From: Cystobasidiomycetes sp. EMM_F5
Lineage: Eukaryota
NCBI GenBank assembly: GCA_051047955.1
Contig: JBPGPT010000028.1
Span: 62,001 to 126,000, forward strand
Direction of reading: 5' to 3'
DNA length: 64,000 nt
Shown here: positions 14,760-27,301 of the stretch, in pieces
Layout: every line of letters starts with the position of its first letter
Numbering within the stretch: the first letter of the stretch is position 1
Position numbers and translations under genes: made by a program
Notes under the pieces: generated by a model
Told to the model about the DNA's origin: nothing
Databases searched by the model: none
What the model saw: only the letters and a program-made list of their open reading frames with translations

Positions 14760-17581
14760 ATGTTTTCCTTCTTCTCGTCGTCATCGTCGCATCCATCATC
14801 ATCAACAAACACCACCATCAACAACAAACGAAACTCACTCCGTCCCATCGATATCACCGCTGCGTCTCAACTCCGTCCATCGACGGCTCCAACAACCCCA
14901 ACTCTGATCCCCGTGTCACCATCGCTGCCGGCGTTCCTGCTGTCATCGTCACAGAACTCCCCTCATCACCGTCCATCGTCGTCATCGGCAGTGCCATCCA
15001 CCTCGCCCGCTGGCTCGCCCTCCGCCGTGTCCGGCGGATTACCCAACCCGTTCGGATTCCTGAAACGCGCGTCGTCGTCCTCGTCGTCGTCTCAAATTGC
15101 TAGTGGCAGCAATAAGGAGAATACAAGACCGCCGGCACACAGAACCAATACAGACGAGCAGGGAACAAAGAGTCCGCTATCACCTACTGGATGGGTTGGC
15201 AGAGCTTTGGGAGGGAATCCGAGCGGAAGGTCATCGTTTGATGCAAGTCAGCATCAACAACAGCAGTATCCTCAGTCTCAGTATCAGTCGCAGCATCACC
15301 CGCAACAGTACCAACAGCAAGCACATCATCAACAGCAGCAGCACTATCGCAGTCCGCAGCCTCAGTATCCACAACAGCAACGTCTGCCCGTAAGACAGCA
15401 ATCAGGCGGCCAAGTCCGGTCTCCCTCCCCCCTGAGCGAGTCAAACAGTAACAGCGCAGGGCGCACTAGTATTCTCAGTTCTGTCACATCTCCCTCTACG
15501 TCCACTTCCACGTCGGTCCAGACTGCAGGTTCCGCTGGGTCTGGTGGAAAGTCCAAGATGCCAGCACCTGCGCAAAGTCGAGACAAGAATGACTGGAAGG
15601 CAGTCTTTAGCTCGCCAAATCCAGAGAATGCATTTCAGCTCGTGGAAATTATTGGCAAAGGAAGTTTTGGAGAGGTACATCGAGCGTGAGTCTAGATTTT
15701 CGGCAGAAGGAGTGAACTTTCTAAACTGAATGGTCTGTACCTCATTCCTGCAGTATTCGGAAGAGCACAGGCGAAGCTGTCGCTATCAAGGTGAGCTACG
15801 AGTGTCGCTGTTCATCAAGCGCCTTCTGACTTGCAGCACCCATTTCTCCAGATCATCGACCTCGAAAGCGCTGAAGACGACATTGATGACATTCAAGGGG
15901 AAATTTCCATATTGTCACAACTCGATTCGCCTTTCGTGACAAAGTGAGTTTCGATGTTTGCACGCGCGCGAAACTACTCTGACGGCTGGCACAGATACCA
16001 TGGCTCGTTCTTGAAACAACAATCGCTGTGGATCGTCATGGAATACTGCTCTGGTGGAAGTTGTTCTGATTTAGTGAGCATTTCAGGCTCCGGCTTGTCT
16101 GAGCAGCAAAATGACGAATCATGACGTGCCGTTTTAGCTGAAGCCTGGCGTCGTCAAGGAAGAGTATATCGCCATCATTCTGCGTGAGCTTTTGAGAGGA
16201 CTCGAGTACTTGCACAATGAAGGCAAGCTGCATCGTGATATCAAGGGTGAGTACCGTGCTTAGATATGAGGCACATGCCTTGAGCTAAGCATGCCGAGTC
16301 CCGCAGCCGCCAATGTCCTCCTGTCTGCTTCGGGCGATGTCAAATTGGCCGATTTCGGTGTATCTGGCCAGCTGACAGCAACCATGACAAAGAAGAACAC
16401 CTTTGTGGGCACACCGTACTGGATGTCCCCTGAAGTCATCAAGCAGTCTGGCTACGATTCTCGTGCTGATATCTGGTCGTTGGGCATTACCGCCATTGAG
16501 CTGGCTCGTGGTGAACCGCCTTATGCCGACCTGCACCCAATGAAGGTCCTCTTTCTGATTCCAAAGAATCCCCCACCTACACTTGATGGGCACGCCGCTT
16601 CCTCCAGTTCCTCCGTCTTGTCGTCCGGATCTGGTGGATCCAGCCAAGCCTTCTCCAAGCCGTTTCGTGAATTTGTCAGTCTGTGCCTCCAACGAGATCC
16701 TCTTGCACGCCCGAGCGCAAAGGAGCTGCTCAAGCATCGCTTTATCCGATCCGCGAAAAAGACGAGCTATCTGACTGAACTGATTGATCGCGTAGAACGC
16801 TGGCGAATGGAAGGTGGAGGGCGGGACAGGTTTGCAGATGATCGCAGGAGTGGAAACGCTTCGTCATCTTCGGAGGAGGAGGAAAATGATATGTGGGATT
16901 TTGGGACAGTCAAGACGCACAAGAAGACGGTACGAAATAACTCGAACAATAAGCGAGTCTCGGAGGAATACGAACAGTCGTCTTCGACGCGGTATGCTGG
17001 GCCATCGACAAGCACAGTGCGTCAAGCCCGCACAGTAGAGAAGCAAGGCGACTCGAGCGATTCGGACCGCGATGCCGCGCTCGGGCCTTCTCTCGCCAAG
17101 GTGGCAATAAACAATGGTGTCAGCAGTCGAGACTTTGCGGCTCGGACCGCATCGTCAGGACATAGATCTCATTCTCTGCGACTCAAGAATCTTTCGGCCT
17201 CCTTTCTGTCGCCGCCCGCTAACGAGACGGGGACTGTGCGCTACATGCCGCAACAGCCAAAGGCAGACTCGGCGCTACAGAGCGGCCAAGGAGTCAAAAT
17301 GCTGACTGCAGAGGATGCGTATGATGTCGATCTGTTTGACGAGGTCGTTATGCCTGTCCTTAACGATGTAAGTCTGGCTGAGTGCCCAGGCAAACTGTTC
17401 CACGGGAAACTGAATACTGTGCACACAGGTGGAGAAGCAATTCGACCGAGCAGATACGCGAGTGCGAGTCGCGCTGGACCGGCTCCGTGCTGCGATGATT
17501 GAATCAGAAGCCGCTGCTCCGGGTTTGTGGAGTCGGTTTGTCGAGGGACTGCTGGATAGCGTGGAGCAGATTGACGATTAG
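14760..17581 (+). CDS. STE20-family GCKIII (STK24/25-, Sid1/Mst-like) Ser/Thr kinase with Ser/Gln-rich N-terminal extension
   Basis: [41 protein letters not shown]-terminal GCKIII-like helices ([10 protein letters not shown]...EAAAPGL..RFVEGLL). No CRIB motif. Confidence 0.9.
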
Positions 17582-18910
17582 TTGCGGACTGATGGGTCTT
17601 CAGCACACCACTAATACACGCGACTAGTGACGCACCTGATGATGTCTTGTAATGCCAGATTGCCCTGCTCTGTGTGCATTGTTGTCAAAGAATCTAACGC
17701 GAGACGTACGATGATTACCAATGTGCAATACAGATCTTGCACGCCATGTTGATTGAGGCAAGCTGACTTAATATGAAGCCTTCTCGGCCAGGATTGGGTT
17801 AAAAAAAGTTGCAGATGTCGAAGCAATCAATGCACATGTAGCTGAAAATCGAGATAAAGCGCAAGTATTGGACAAGGGATCGTCCAGCAAGTCACTCGTG
17901 GCATCTGATTGTAACTGTCGAACGTATCACTGATGAGCGGCTAAATGTTTCTCTTTCTCTTGCAGCGCTTGGGCTTCTAAGTCCTCCTTGCTGCCCGGCT
18001 TAACAAAATCCTGGAACGATGAGCCATATAAACTCAGTTCGCATCGCTCGGCCGTAGCATAATGCTGCTTACGTATTTATACATGATATACAGAGCATGA
18101 ATCTGTGATGAAGAGGCTTTGTGAGCCGGACGCACACGCACAGCATTGAGACGAATCGCTTACCACTCCCGGCAGCCAAAAGAGTAATGTCAGCAGGACA
18201 TTGAGCCACGTCCGGAGGCAATCTATATTGCCATGTCACTTCGTGCGCTCGACGTGTCTCCACGATCACTACCTACCTCCTTTGGTTTTGAGGGCCACCA
18301 GGGCTGGGGACAGAGGGAGTGCGAGCTATCGTCAAATCTATTAGCAGACACTGGACTACTGCACGCGAGGTTTGCCTCACCACGATCTCGCAAAAGATCA
18401 AGCAGCATTGGCCCATTGTAAATACAGATTGGGGTTGAGGTGGATGAAGCGACGTAGTCCGAGTTCGAGTATACCTGAATGTTACACCGTAAATTGTGGA
18501 CGGCTATTCATCATTCTGCGATAACGCCAAGTTGCGCTTTTTGCAATCCCTTTGCCTCGCAGCGCAGCCATCGGAGACCATCCGCGCACATGACTTTTCA
18601 CGATTTCCTCAGCATCAGTCGTCACTTGATTAGTCCAATGACAGTGAGCAGTGTCAGCCTTTGTGCAGTATCTGATTAGATGCCGTCATCTTCGGCCAAG
18701 CTGTTCGAAATACAGACCAGTCATCCTGGTAGTATTTGACTCGACTATTTGTGCAAGTATACACATTACATGCTGCTTGTATGTGGATCATTGAAATTAT
18801 CACCGTTGACAATAGCACACGGTAAGCGGGTCGCAGTCCAAGATTCGACCGCTCTGTTATGTTTTCAATGTCATGCCTTGCTGAATAGTCCAATTACTTC
18901 TTGCACTGGT

Positions 18911-19600
18911 CTAGAGGGCCTTGTGAGAATGCGTAGGGTACGCAGCAGCTGTCTGCTGTTGAGGCGGGGCATAGCCGCCAGCAGGGTGTTGCTCATACCC
19001 GGGCTGTGGCTGCTGCAGGACAGGTTGCTGTTGGGGCGTCTGCTGAACGTAGACGTAGTGTTGCTGATTCTTCAGAGTCTGGGGTTTGCGATCTCTCTAC
19101 GGGCGATACTTATTGAGCATCAAAGAGTGTCAGATTTGAAGGCACGTGCTTACCCTCAATACGAGCCTGAATTGCGGATGCCAGGGAAAGGTCAGCGATG
19201 CACCGAAGTCTTCTCTATCGTCACTAACCAGATCCTGCATGATGGACGTCAGCATGATTTGCTTACTTATCGACACCGTCAAACCGCTCACGCATGTATC
19301 ACTCCGGGAAAATAGCCTGCGGCGATGTGTGATCAGAATTACAGACTTCTTGCTCATCATTAACTTACCGAGGAACGTAAGCAACAGATTCAACCAGAAT
19401 TGGCCTCCGCATCCGTCAGTTATTGCCGCTGTAAGCGGGGGAAACAGGACTGCTAGCTGTGAGAGACATTCCAACACGTTCTCACAATCAGCCTAGGTTT
19501 CTTGCGATATGGTCAGGCTGCTAAGACTGACAATAATTAACAGTAGGGCTTCGGTCGTGAGACTGCCCTGCTGCCGAGGTGGACTTTGCTGGTGCTGCAT
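18911..19600 (-). CDS. Pmp3/UPF0057 proteolipid with Gln/Pro/Tyr-rich tail
   Basis: Spliced product ...LLIILAVLFPPLTAAITDGCGGQFWLNLLLTFLGYFPGVIHAIWLVL..., built using 6-nt and 13-nt microexons. Confidence 0.85.
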
Positions 19601-19834
19601 GATGTTACGACGAGTAGTCAGTAAATGTAACGTCAGTGTCAGTTGGAGCAGAAGCAAGAAGCAAGCCAGCCTGGTCGCAGGCTGTGTCGCGTCGTGAATG
19701 ACATCACGTGTTTCAGAACGTATATACAGTTTATCGCTCCACCGAGCTCGGTCACTTCCTTCTCTGCTCCGCTCCATAATGTTACTGACACTGACAATAC
19801 ATTACTTATACGCTCTTCTTCCCATCTAATCATT

Positions 19835-21391
19835 ATGCAATTCATCTCCAAAGCCTTCAAATCGTCAAACTCGGGCAGATCTGATTTTTCGAGCATACAA
19901 CTGATCCCCGACAACCCGTCGCCGTCCTACTGGCTGTACCCAGGCGCAAGAGTGCTCCAAGCTGGAAGACCAGTAATTACCACCATTTCCGGGCGCTTTC
20001 GAATCAACTTAAATCCAACGTCAACATCCATCATCACAGAAGCCGTCGCCAAGCTTGTTCCGCACTATTACGCAAGGAGTGAGGATGGAGTGTCTGATTC
20101 GGGCCGATTCCCAGCTATCTGCTGCAAGATGGAGCCTCCGGCCCTTACGCAGGGAGATTCACACATCGAGTCAGTGGCCTTTGCGAGTCGAGTTGGGCTG
20201 CTGAACTGATCTCCGGCGGTTGTAGCATGCCATTCGCTCTGGAACTAGATTGCGATGCGTTCCCTGTCTCACCGACTTGCCAAATGACCACCAAAGGCCT
20301 GCATCAGGTTCACAGGCTCTTCTATACGATAGAGATTGTATTGACAGTCGAGAACACAATATCAGGCGGAATGTCTACTATACACGAAGTATTTCCAAGG
20401 GCAACCAAGGCTGCAACTTTTGCGCACTCCTCACACGAGTGTCAACGATACGTCTGTATCAAGACTTCGCCATCACCTCCAGATCGCTTGCCAGACCCGC
20501 TCGAGTAAGTCACTCGTTAGTTGTCACTTGGCATGTTGAGTTCCGTGACACTGCCTTTTCAGTGTGGAAAAGGAGATATTCGTTGAGGATGTGGGATCAC
20601 TACAAGTCCGCCTTCTGGCCCGACAAGTCATAGTCGGCGGCATGTGAGCATCATAGCTCATCAGACACCACATACACTGATATGTGGGTCAAAATTTCAG
20701 TGTATTTGTCCGCCTTGTATTTGCAGGCACCTCGGACACTAGTCTGTACGGCTACAAACTCAGTCTTGAAGAGACCTTGGAGTGGACATCGCCCAAAGAG
20801 AGTGGTCCAAGATGGATATCTAGGCCGAGATTACGACTGATGGCGAACAAACGGCCAATACTCAGAAACAAGGATAAAGACGCTGCCGCGGAAGACTCAG
20901 ATGCTCTACAGGCTGTCAGCTTCCATGCTCGCTTCCCGGATGACCACAGCATTTCGCCATCAACCCTTCCATTCACAAAATCTCCTATGACTATCAGACA
21001 TCGCCTGGTTCTGGAGACAACGCTATACAACGCTCAGACAACAAGTGTGACGGAAAAGGCATTCTTCATTCCAGTACTCTTGGCTGTCGTAAGCTCCCAC
21101 TTCGATTCCAATCTCTGACGCCGGCTCATGCATACTATGATTTAGTGTTCGCTCATAGCTGAAGGCACTATTCTGCCGACCTACGGATCTACTCCCCTCA
21201 ACCATACGGAATTTCAGCCCGAACGCCCAAACGATGCTATAGCCTGCAGTTGTGGAATGTCGGATAAGATGCTGCTCGAGCGTGATGGCATCATTCAGTG
21301 GGCAGTAGATCCCATAGACACTCAGACTGCCGAGTCTGCCCAGCCTGTTGTCAGGAATATGCATAAGACTCCTGCGGCGACTCTTGTGTAG
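19835..21391 (+). CDS. Arrestin-like protein
   Basis: Beta-rich exons with ARFPDDHSISPSTLP..SPMTIRHRL, then a tail CSLIAEGTILPTY...ACSCGMS containing an LPxY motif. Confidence 0.6.
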
Positions 21392-22973
21392 GCTAGAGCA
21401 CAGTATGGGCGAGAAAGCAAACAAATGTTTGCGGCCTAGCGGTTGACCCGGCAACATGGGCATCTCAGAAAGCTAGAATTGGCTTTGTTTCTCGCATGGC
21501 CCGGTATGCAAAGCGTACTGGGCCAATAACATTACTTTACATGTTGTGCAGACGTCATGCACACCGTTGCTGCCTCATCAAACCCCCAGCTATCCGCCGG
21601 GCCATTGCAAATTGAGGATTGTCCCTGCTATGACACATGCCCTGTACCAGAAGTGCTCTCATTACCCGCGTATTCAGTACGTGGGCTGACCAGATACGTA
21701 GACTGGTCCTCCAGCCGCGACACGCTGTTGACGCTGTTCATGTCGTAGGAGAATGACGATGAACGGTGTCGACACAGGAAAGTATAAAGCGGGTCAGCAA
21801 CCTGGCTAGTATGCGAGTCAAAGCAGACTATTGCAACATTCAAACTTACACGGAGTACAAGACTACGTTCATGATGACCGTTAGCGCAATGTTGAGTACT
21901 TGACATCTGTTTGGAGTGACTCACTAGATAGCCTGCGCGTCCCGCAAACCAATAAGCAGCCATGGTTTGATTGGTCAGTGTGGAATATGGATTTGCGCCA
22001 ATTATGCCAGCAAGCTGCCTTTGACCTACGAAAATTACACCGGGGATATGTCCAAGCAGAGTAAGCAGGACGCACAGCCAGAAGGCTCCGTCTGTCGGCG
22101 AAGAATTGCTTTCAGTATGTTTTTCGCAATTGAGAACTGCGTAAGTGGAGCTTACGGCAGCCGTCAGTAATGCTGTATGAGCATGTCAGAAGCAAGTTAG
22201 CATGTGGTGGTAACCGAGGACGGTATCAAAAGCCAAATCAAATCACAAGGCTGTTACGGGAGGGAGGAATATACTGAGCTGTATGTTGGAGGAGAGACTA
22301 GTCAGACGAGCTCTTCGTCACGGTGTGCATATCAAGTGATGAGCACTCGCAATGATCAAGCAGATATCTTCCCCAGTCATGCTGTTGCAGTAATGGTCTC
22401 AACCAGGGAATCGAAGGTATTTCGCTCTTCTTCAGAGTTTGATATTCTTTAGAAGCAAAGTCAAGAGAACGCCGCCAGTCGCAACAACCTGCAAACACAA
22501 CAGGCAGCCGATTGACGCTTGACGTCTCGTTGACCTTTCTCGATCAGGGGGGCTGGAGTCCGGAAATAGAATGTATGCAGGGCTGTCAGGGGGTTGCAAA
22601 CATCTCCGCAGACGATAGACGAGGCAAAGACATTCAGAGACTCAAGATGGACAGTCCTGGCATTCGGGACCTGCTTGAGACAGTCTCGAGACAACACAAA
22701 ATCCAGCTGGCTTTACTTTTACTCTACATTCGAGAAGACACGTCGAAATACGAGGAACAGGGGGAATGGGACAGCAGAAGGAATAGCCACTACCAGACGA
22801 AAAGAGAGAGAGATGGCGAGTACGAGAAAGACGACGGACCGTAGCTGGCAGCCTTGGTATATTGTAACATCAAGCGAGTGTATAACGGTCGTAGACGTTA
22901 CTATAGATACAGAGTTTGGGGAGGAATTGATGGAGGAAGCGACAGGGAATAGACGTTGAATGCCATGTAGCGC

Positions 22974-24743
22974 TTAGAAAGAACCAATGGATCCATTCGT
23001 TCCGCTTGCACCGCCAAAGGCAGAAAGGGCAGCCTGTTGAGCCATCATCATCTGCCAAGCTGGAATGCTCGGAACAGACGAATTACCGGCAGACGGCACG
23101 TTGTTCATATTCTCAAAGAAGGAGGCGGCTGCAGCAGACGTCGAGGGTGCAAATGATGCGGCAGCAGACTGAATGGCATTGTTGCCCGAGCCGTTGCCCA
23201 TCCCAAAGAGCGAAGAATTGCTAAGTCCATTGTTGCCAGACGCAGCAAGGTGAGACTGGAAAGCTATAAAGTTTTGCAGCTCAATCTGGGCCTTTTGCAG
23301 ATCTCGCGGTCCAAACTGCGTAGCTAGCTGGTGAACGACAGCTGCATCGTTATTTGCCAGTGGTTGTGGAGCATTGACGGCAGAGCTAGTAGTGGTAGGA
23401 GGAGTGGATCGTGGGGGAGAAGGTGATCCTTTTCTGTCTACTGCAGCAGCAGCTTTGCCACCTGCCAAAGACGAGGGGAGGGGAATGGGCGAGTAGGCAT
23501 TTCCGGGCGTAACGACTGAATGCGACGACGCGGGCGAGGGGGCCGAGTTGCTGCCTGCTGTACTGCCTACAACACTTCCATTCATCGTAGCCTGTTGCTG
23601 CTGCTGCTGCTGACCTTGCTGCTGGCCGTAAAAGGGCGGCGAGTGCGCAGCAGACGTGTACGATGCAGGAGACGTACCAGCAAGGGTATTTGCACCCTGG
23701 CCTGCGAGCTCAAAGAAGTTTGCAGTCATGGACGGATAAGCAGAAGCGAGTGCAGCGACGGCAGCCTGAGACGAGCTGTTGGCTGTACCGGGTGGGGCCA
23801 TAGAGCCAGATGACGAAAGAGAGATGGGAGAGGCTGATTCGTTGCGGCCGGCATTATTATCATTGAGTGCTGCATTCGCCATATCGAACGACGACTGCTC
23901 AAGAAGGGATGGCAGACTGTGGCTAAACATGCTGCTGCCGTTAGTCGAATATGGAGGCATAGGAGCGCCTGGAAACATTGGCAGGGCGGTTTGCTGAATG
24001 AGCGAAGGCTGCGACTGCGCCTGGGATGCCTGACGTTGGTTGCCCTGAGCTTGAGCTTGAGCTTGGGCCTGTACGTGCATCTGCTGGAAGAGAGCCATCT
24101 GCGCTGCCATGTCCATATTGCCGAATGGCGATAGAGGTACCGGTACTACTGGCTGTTGCGCCTGCATTGATGGCAGAGCAAAGATATTGTGCTGTTGTCG
24201 CTGAGCAGTCTGCGGCTGTACCTGCGGAAAGATAGGCATCGCAGTACTGCCGGTCGGAGATCTACCCTTGAGAGCATTGAGCTGCTGCTTGAGTGCTTCA
24301 TTCTCCTTTGCTAGCTTGGCTTCTGTCGCCTGCAACTCTTGGATGAGGTCGATAGACTTGTTTACGATGGCAGCCTTGGAAGCGCGCTTGACGTGATTCA
24401 TACCGGGCAAGAGATCTGCCAAGACGAGAAACCTCGTATTCAAAGACTCACGTCTTGCCCGCTCAACAGCATTGTGGGTTGCCTTCTTTTCGGCCGTGGT
24501 AGAGCCGACAGTGGCGGTACCCATGGAATTTGAGCGCTTGAGAGCTGCTCGCTTGACCTGGCTGGTCGATAGCTCTCCGAGGGTATCGCGGTCTTCGGTA
24601 ATGTCATCGTAGCCAAAGTCATCCTCGTCTGCGAATGCCGGGATGGAGGCGAACAAGTCTTCTCCGTGCGAGATGAGCTGGCCATCAAACGACAGCCCCG
24701 ATCCCTGCCGGATGTGCTGTGGCCGAGTGTTGTCTGCGACCAT
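22974..24743 (-). CDS. bHLH-zipper transcription factor with Q/S/A-rich C-terminus
   Basis: KKATHNAVERARRESLN...LADLLP...ASKAAIVNKSIDLI followed by a zipper. Single long ORF. Confidence 0.9.
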   Translation of the reverse strand: MVADNTRPQHIRQGSGLSFDGQLISHGEDLFASIPAFADEDDFGYDDITEDRDTLGELSTSQVKRAALKRSNSMGTATVGSTTAEKKATHNAVERARRESLNTRFLVLADLLPGMNHVKRASKAAIVNKSIDLIQELQATEAKLAKENEALKQQLNALKGRSPTGSTAMPIFPQVQPQTAQRQQHNIFALPSMQAQQPVVPVPLSPFGNMDMAAQMALFQQMHVQAQAQAQAQGNQRQASQAQSQPSLIQQTALPMFPGAPMPPYSTNGSSMFSHSLPSLLEQSSFDMANAALNDNNAGRNESASPISLSSSGSMAPPGTANSSSQAAVAALASAYPSMTANFFELAGQGANTLAGTSPASYTSAAHSPPFYGQQQGQQQQQQQATMNGSVVGSTAGSNSAPSPASSHSVVTPGNAYSPIPLPSSLAGGKAAAAVDRKGSPSPPRSTPPTTTSSAVNAPQPLANNDAAVVHQLATQFGPRDLQKAQIELQNFIAFQSHLAASGNNGLSNSSLFGMGNGSGNNAIQSAAASFAPSTSAAAASFFENMNNVPSAGNSSVPSIPAWQMMMAQQAALSAFGGASGTNGSIGSF

Positions 24744-25524
24744 GGTGGGTGTGTGGGTGTTGTCGACTGCTCTTTTCGTCAAATATCTTTATCAGTGGCG
24801 GATACTCGATTGCGTGACTGGCTGCCTTAAACTGCCAATGCCCCAAACTGTGCCCGAAACTGTCTTCCGGGAAAGGCGAGCGCCGGAAAGCCTTTTTTCA
24901 ATTTCAATTTGAATCCTTGGAACCGCCTTGTTTAAAATGCGGGAGGCTGGGGATTAATGAGAATTATTAATAATAATGATCCGGGGTAACACTCTTCGGA
25001 TGCAGAGATTAGGAAAAATATGAAACTTGTCAACAGGGCGTGCCGTCGACTTTGTAATATGGTCGCTGAGTTGGGTCGCTTTGGGCGGGTCGCTTGGGGG
25101 GGTTTGGAGGAGGAGATGGGTGCACGGAACAGGTCGCGAGCCTGTGGTCATTGTTAAGAGTATCCAGCGTCAGTCTTTACACCACTCCACTCCGCCTTAT
25201 CATCAACCCACGAGAGCTCAAGCGGTACCAGCCGGCGAGGGAGGGCGAGGGCGAGGAAAGAGGGAAACCGAGCAGGCAGCCGTGCGAGCAGCTGGCGTGC
25301 AGGTTGCGACCTCTGCGAACCCGGGGTGTGATGGTGTTTGAATTGGAAGGGAGGCAGCAGTCAATGTCAATCAATGACTTCGGGATTCCTTCCCCTTCAT
25401 CTGCCAGAAACTGGGAGAATTGGGCAGCACTTTTGGGCATTCTCAATCCAGGCACGTTGTAAGTTGGCGTATTTGATGGATGCAGCTACAGCAGTCACTC
25501 TACTCTATCACTCTCCCCTCCCAC

Positions 25525-27108
25525 TCAAATCGCAGAGCCAAACAGGGTGAAGCGACGGCAGATCGAAGGGCCTACCTCGTCATAGTCGGCCTTTGTAACG
25601 CACGACTTGTAAAACATGCTTTGCTAGAGAGATGTCCACAACACGCTCAGCACGCTTCCCTCGTCAAGGAACAAGTCCACACCCACATTTTCCGCATAGA
25701 TACTGCCTCCAGACCATACGGCAATATGCTGCCTCTTGTGGGCAATCACATTCACCTCCACACCAGAGCTGCGCATATTGCCTCCAGCAGCAGTCTCAGA
25801 GTTTGTCAGGCGTCGGTCGACGAGGTTTTGCAGGTCCCGCTGGAGACGGCGGTCAAAGTGCGGAAACATGGTAGAGCCTCCAGAGAGGACGATGCGTCTG
25901 TAGAGACCTCTGCGGACATCGATAGGCGATGTCTGGATGGTCTGATCGACGACTTCGGGCAGCGGTGTGAGGAAATCCGAAGAGTGAATTTCCGGGTTGA
26001 AGAAGATTTCAGAGGCAAGAAAACGCTCATACCCCACATCGACAGTGTACTTGCGACCAGTGACAGAGTGTACACCTTCGTACTTTCTCAACCACCGTCC
26101 AGGATCAGAGTCGTACTTTGAAAACTCCTTGACAATGTCTGAACACGTGTATCCAAATTGTTCCTTGATTTCCTGAGCGACCCGTAACTGATCCTCTGGA
26201 GGAATGATGGTATTCTCGCCACGGTCGCGCAGGAGTTGCTGAATGAACTGGGTAATGTCTCGACCGGCAATGGGAATGTGCTTGATGGAGGAGCCGATGA
26301 CATAACCTTCGGCCTGCAGATTGCAGTCTCTCAGTTTGCGTCTGTACAGGACTTGTTAGGACACTAACCACAGGGATGACGTGAGTGACACCGTCACCAG
26401 AGTCAATGACCGTCCCAGTCAATGAACGGTCTTCGACCTGTTTATGTGGTGGTAATCAGCAACGTCACAGGTTGACGGGTTCAGTGACTCACCCTCGAAC
26501 TGAGCCAGGTGGAAGCTAATGCCAACACAGCTTGCACGGCAATATGTATTCCGGCAGCATTGAATGTCTCAAAGAAGATCTCTGCAGTGTTTTCTCGGTT
26601 TTCAGGTGGATTGAGGGGCGGTTCGGTCTGAGTATTGAATGTACGGATGTCAGCGGGACCTGGCACGAAGCGACGACTGGAAAGAACGACACCGCACCAA
26701 CAAGAAGCAGTGGTCCTCTGGTTCTGCTCGGAGGTACTTGAATATGCATTGCTGCCAGTACTTCTCCATGAGATCCCAGTTATCGATGAGACCGTGACGG
26801 ACGGGATAGTGTACGCCGTAGCCGTGGCCTCTGCCCGCTGCGAGGGCTTCGTCTCCGATGAAAAAGTCGAGATCCTCGACACCCCGTTTGCTGGCTAGAT
26901 TACTGCCCTGGGACGACAGTGCCGATGGCTTGGACGGCGGCGGTGGAGGTCCACCCGGTTTCCCAGACCCCGTCGCTGGCCCACCGCGAGTAGCAATGGC
27001 CGACGGGATAACGTACGACGGGACTTGGTTGCCTGCGAATCCCATCTTGGTGTAGCCCGTCCCGACGTCGAGCACAATGGCCGACGCTCCCGTGAGTCCC
27101 CCGGACAT
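25525..27108 (-). CDS. ARP3: Actin-related protein 3 (Arp2/3 complex)
   Basis: [70 protein letters not shown]-terminus [15 protein letters not shown]. Confidence 0.97.
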
Positions 27109-27301
27109 GGCTGCGGGCAGTGACGAGACTGGCGGCGTGTATCTTCAGACGAGGTTGGATTGTAAGATATTGACGATATCGTGCAAAGGAAAGCAGCTTG
27201 GTCGACGTTGACGGTGGATATTATTGCGTTGATCGAGGTAGCGATATATTACCCTGCCTGAGGTCAGCTATTGACCAACAATTTACAAACAACATGGCAC
27301 G

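Noticed and set aside
14760..17581. STE20-family kinase as a marker of a red-yeast MAT locus
   Set aside because: It is GCKIII-type without a CRIB motif, not the PAK Ste20. I found no pheromone receptor, CAAX pheromone precursor or homeodomain gene.
18440..18720. GTTCGA T-loop-like motifs suggesting tRNAs
   Set aside because: No T-stem pairing or cloverleaf can be formed.
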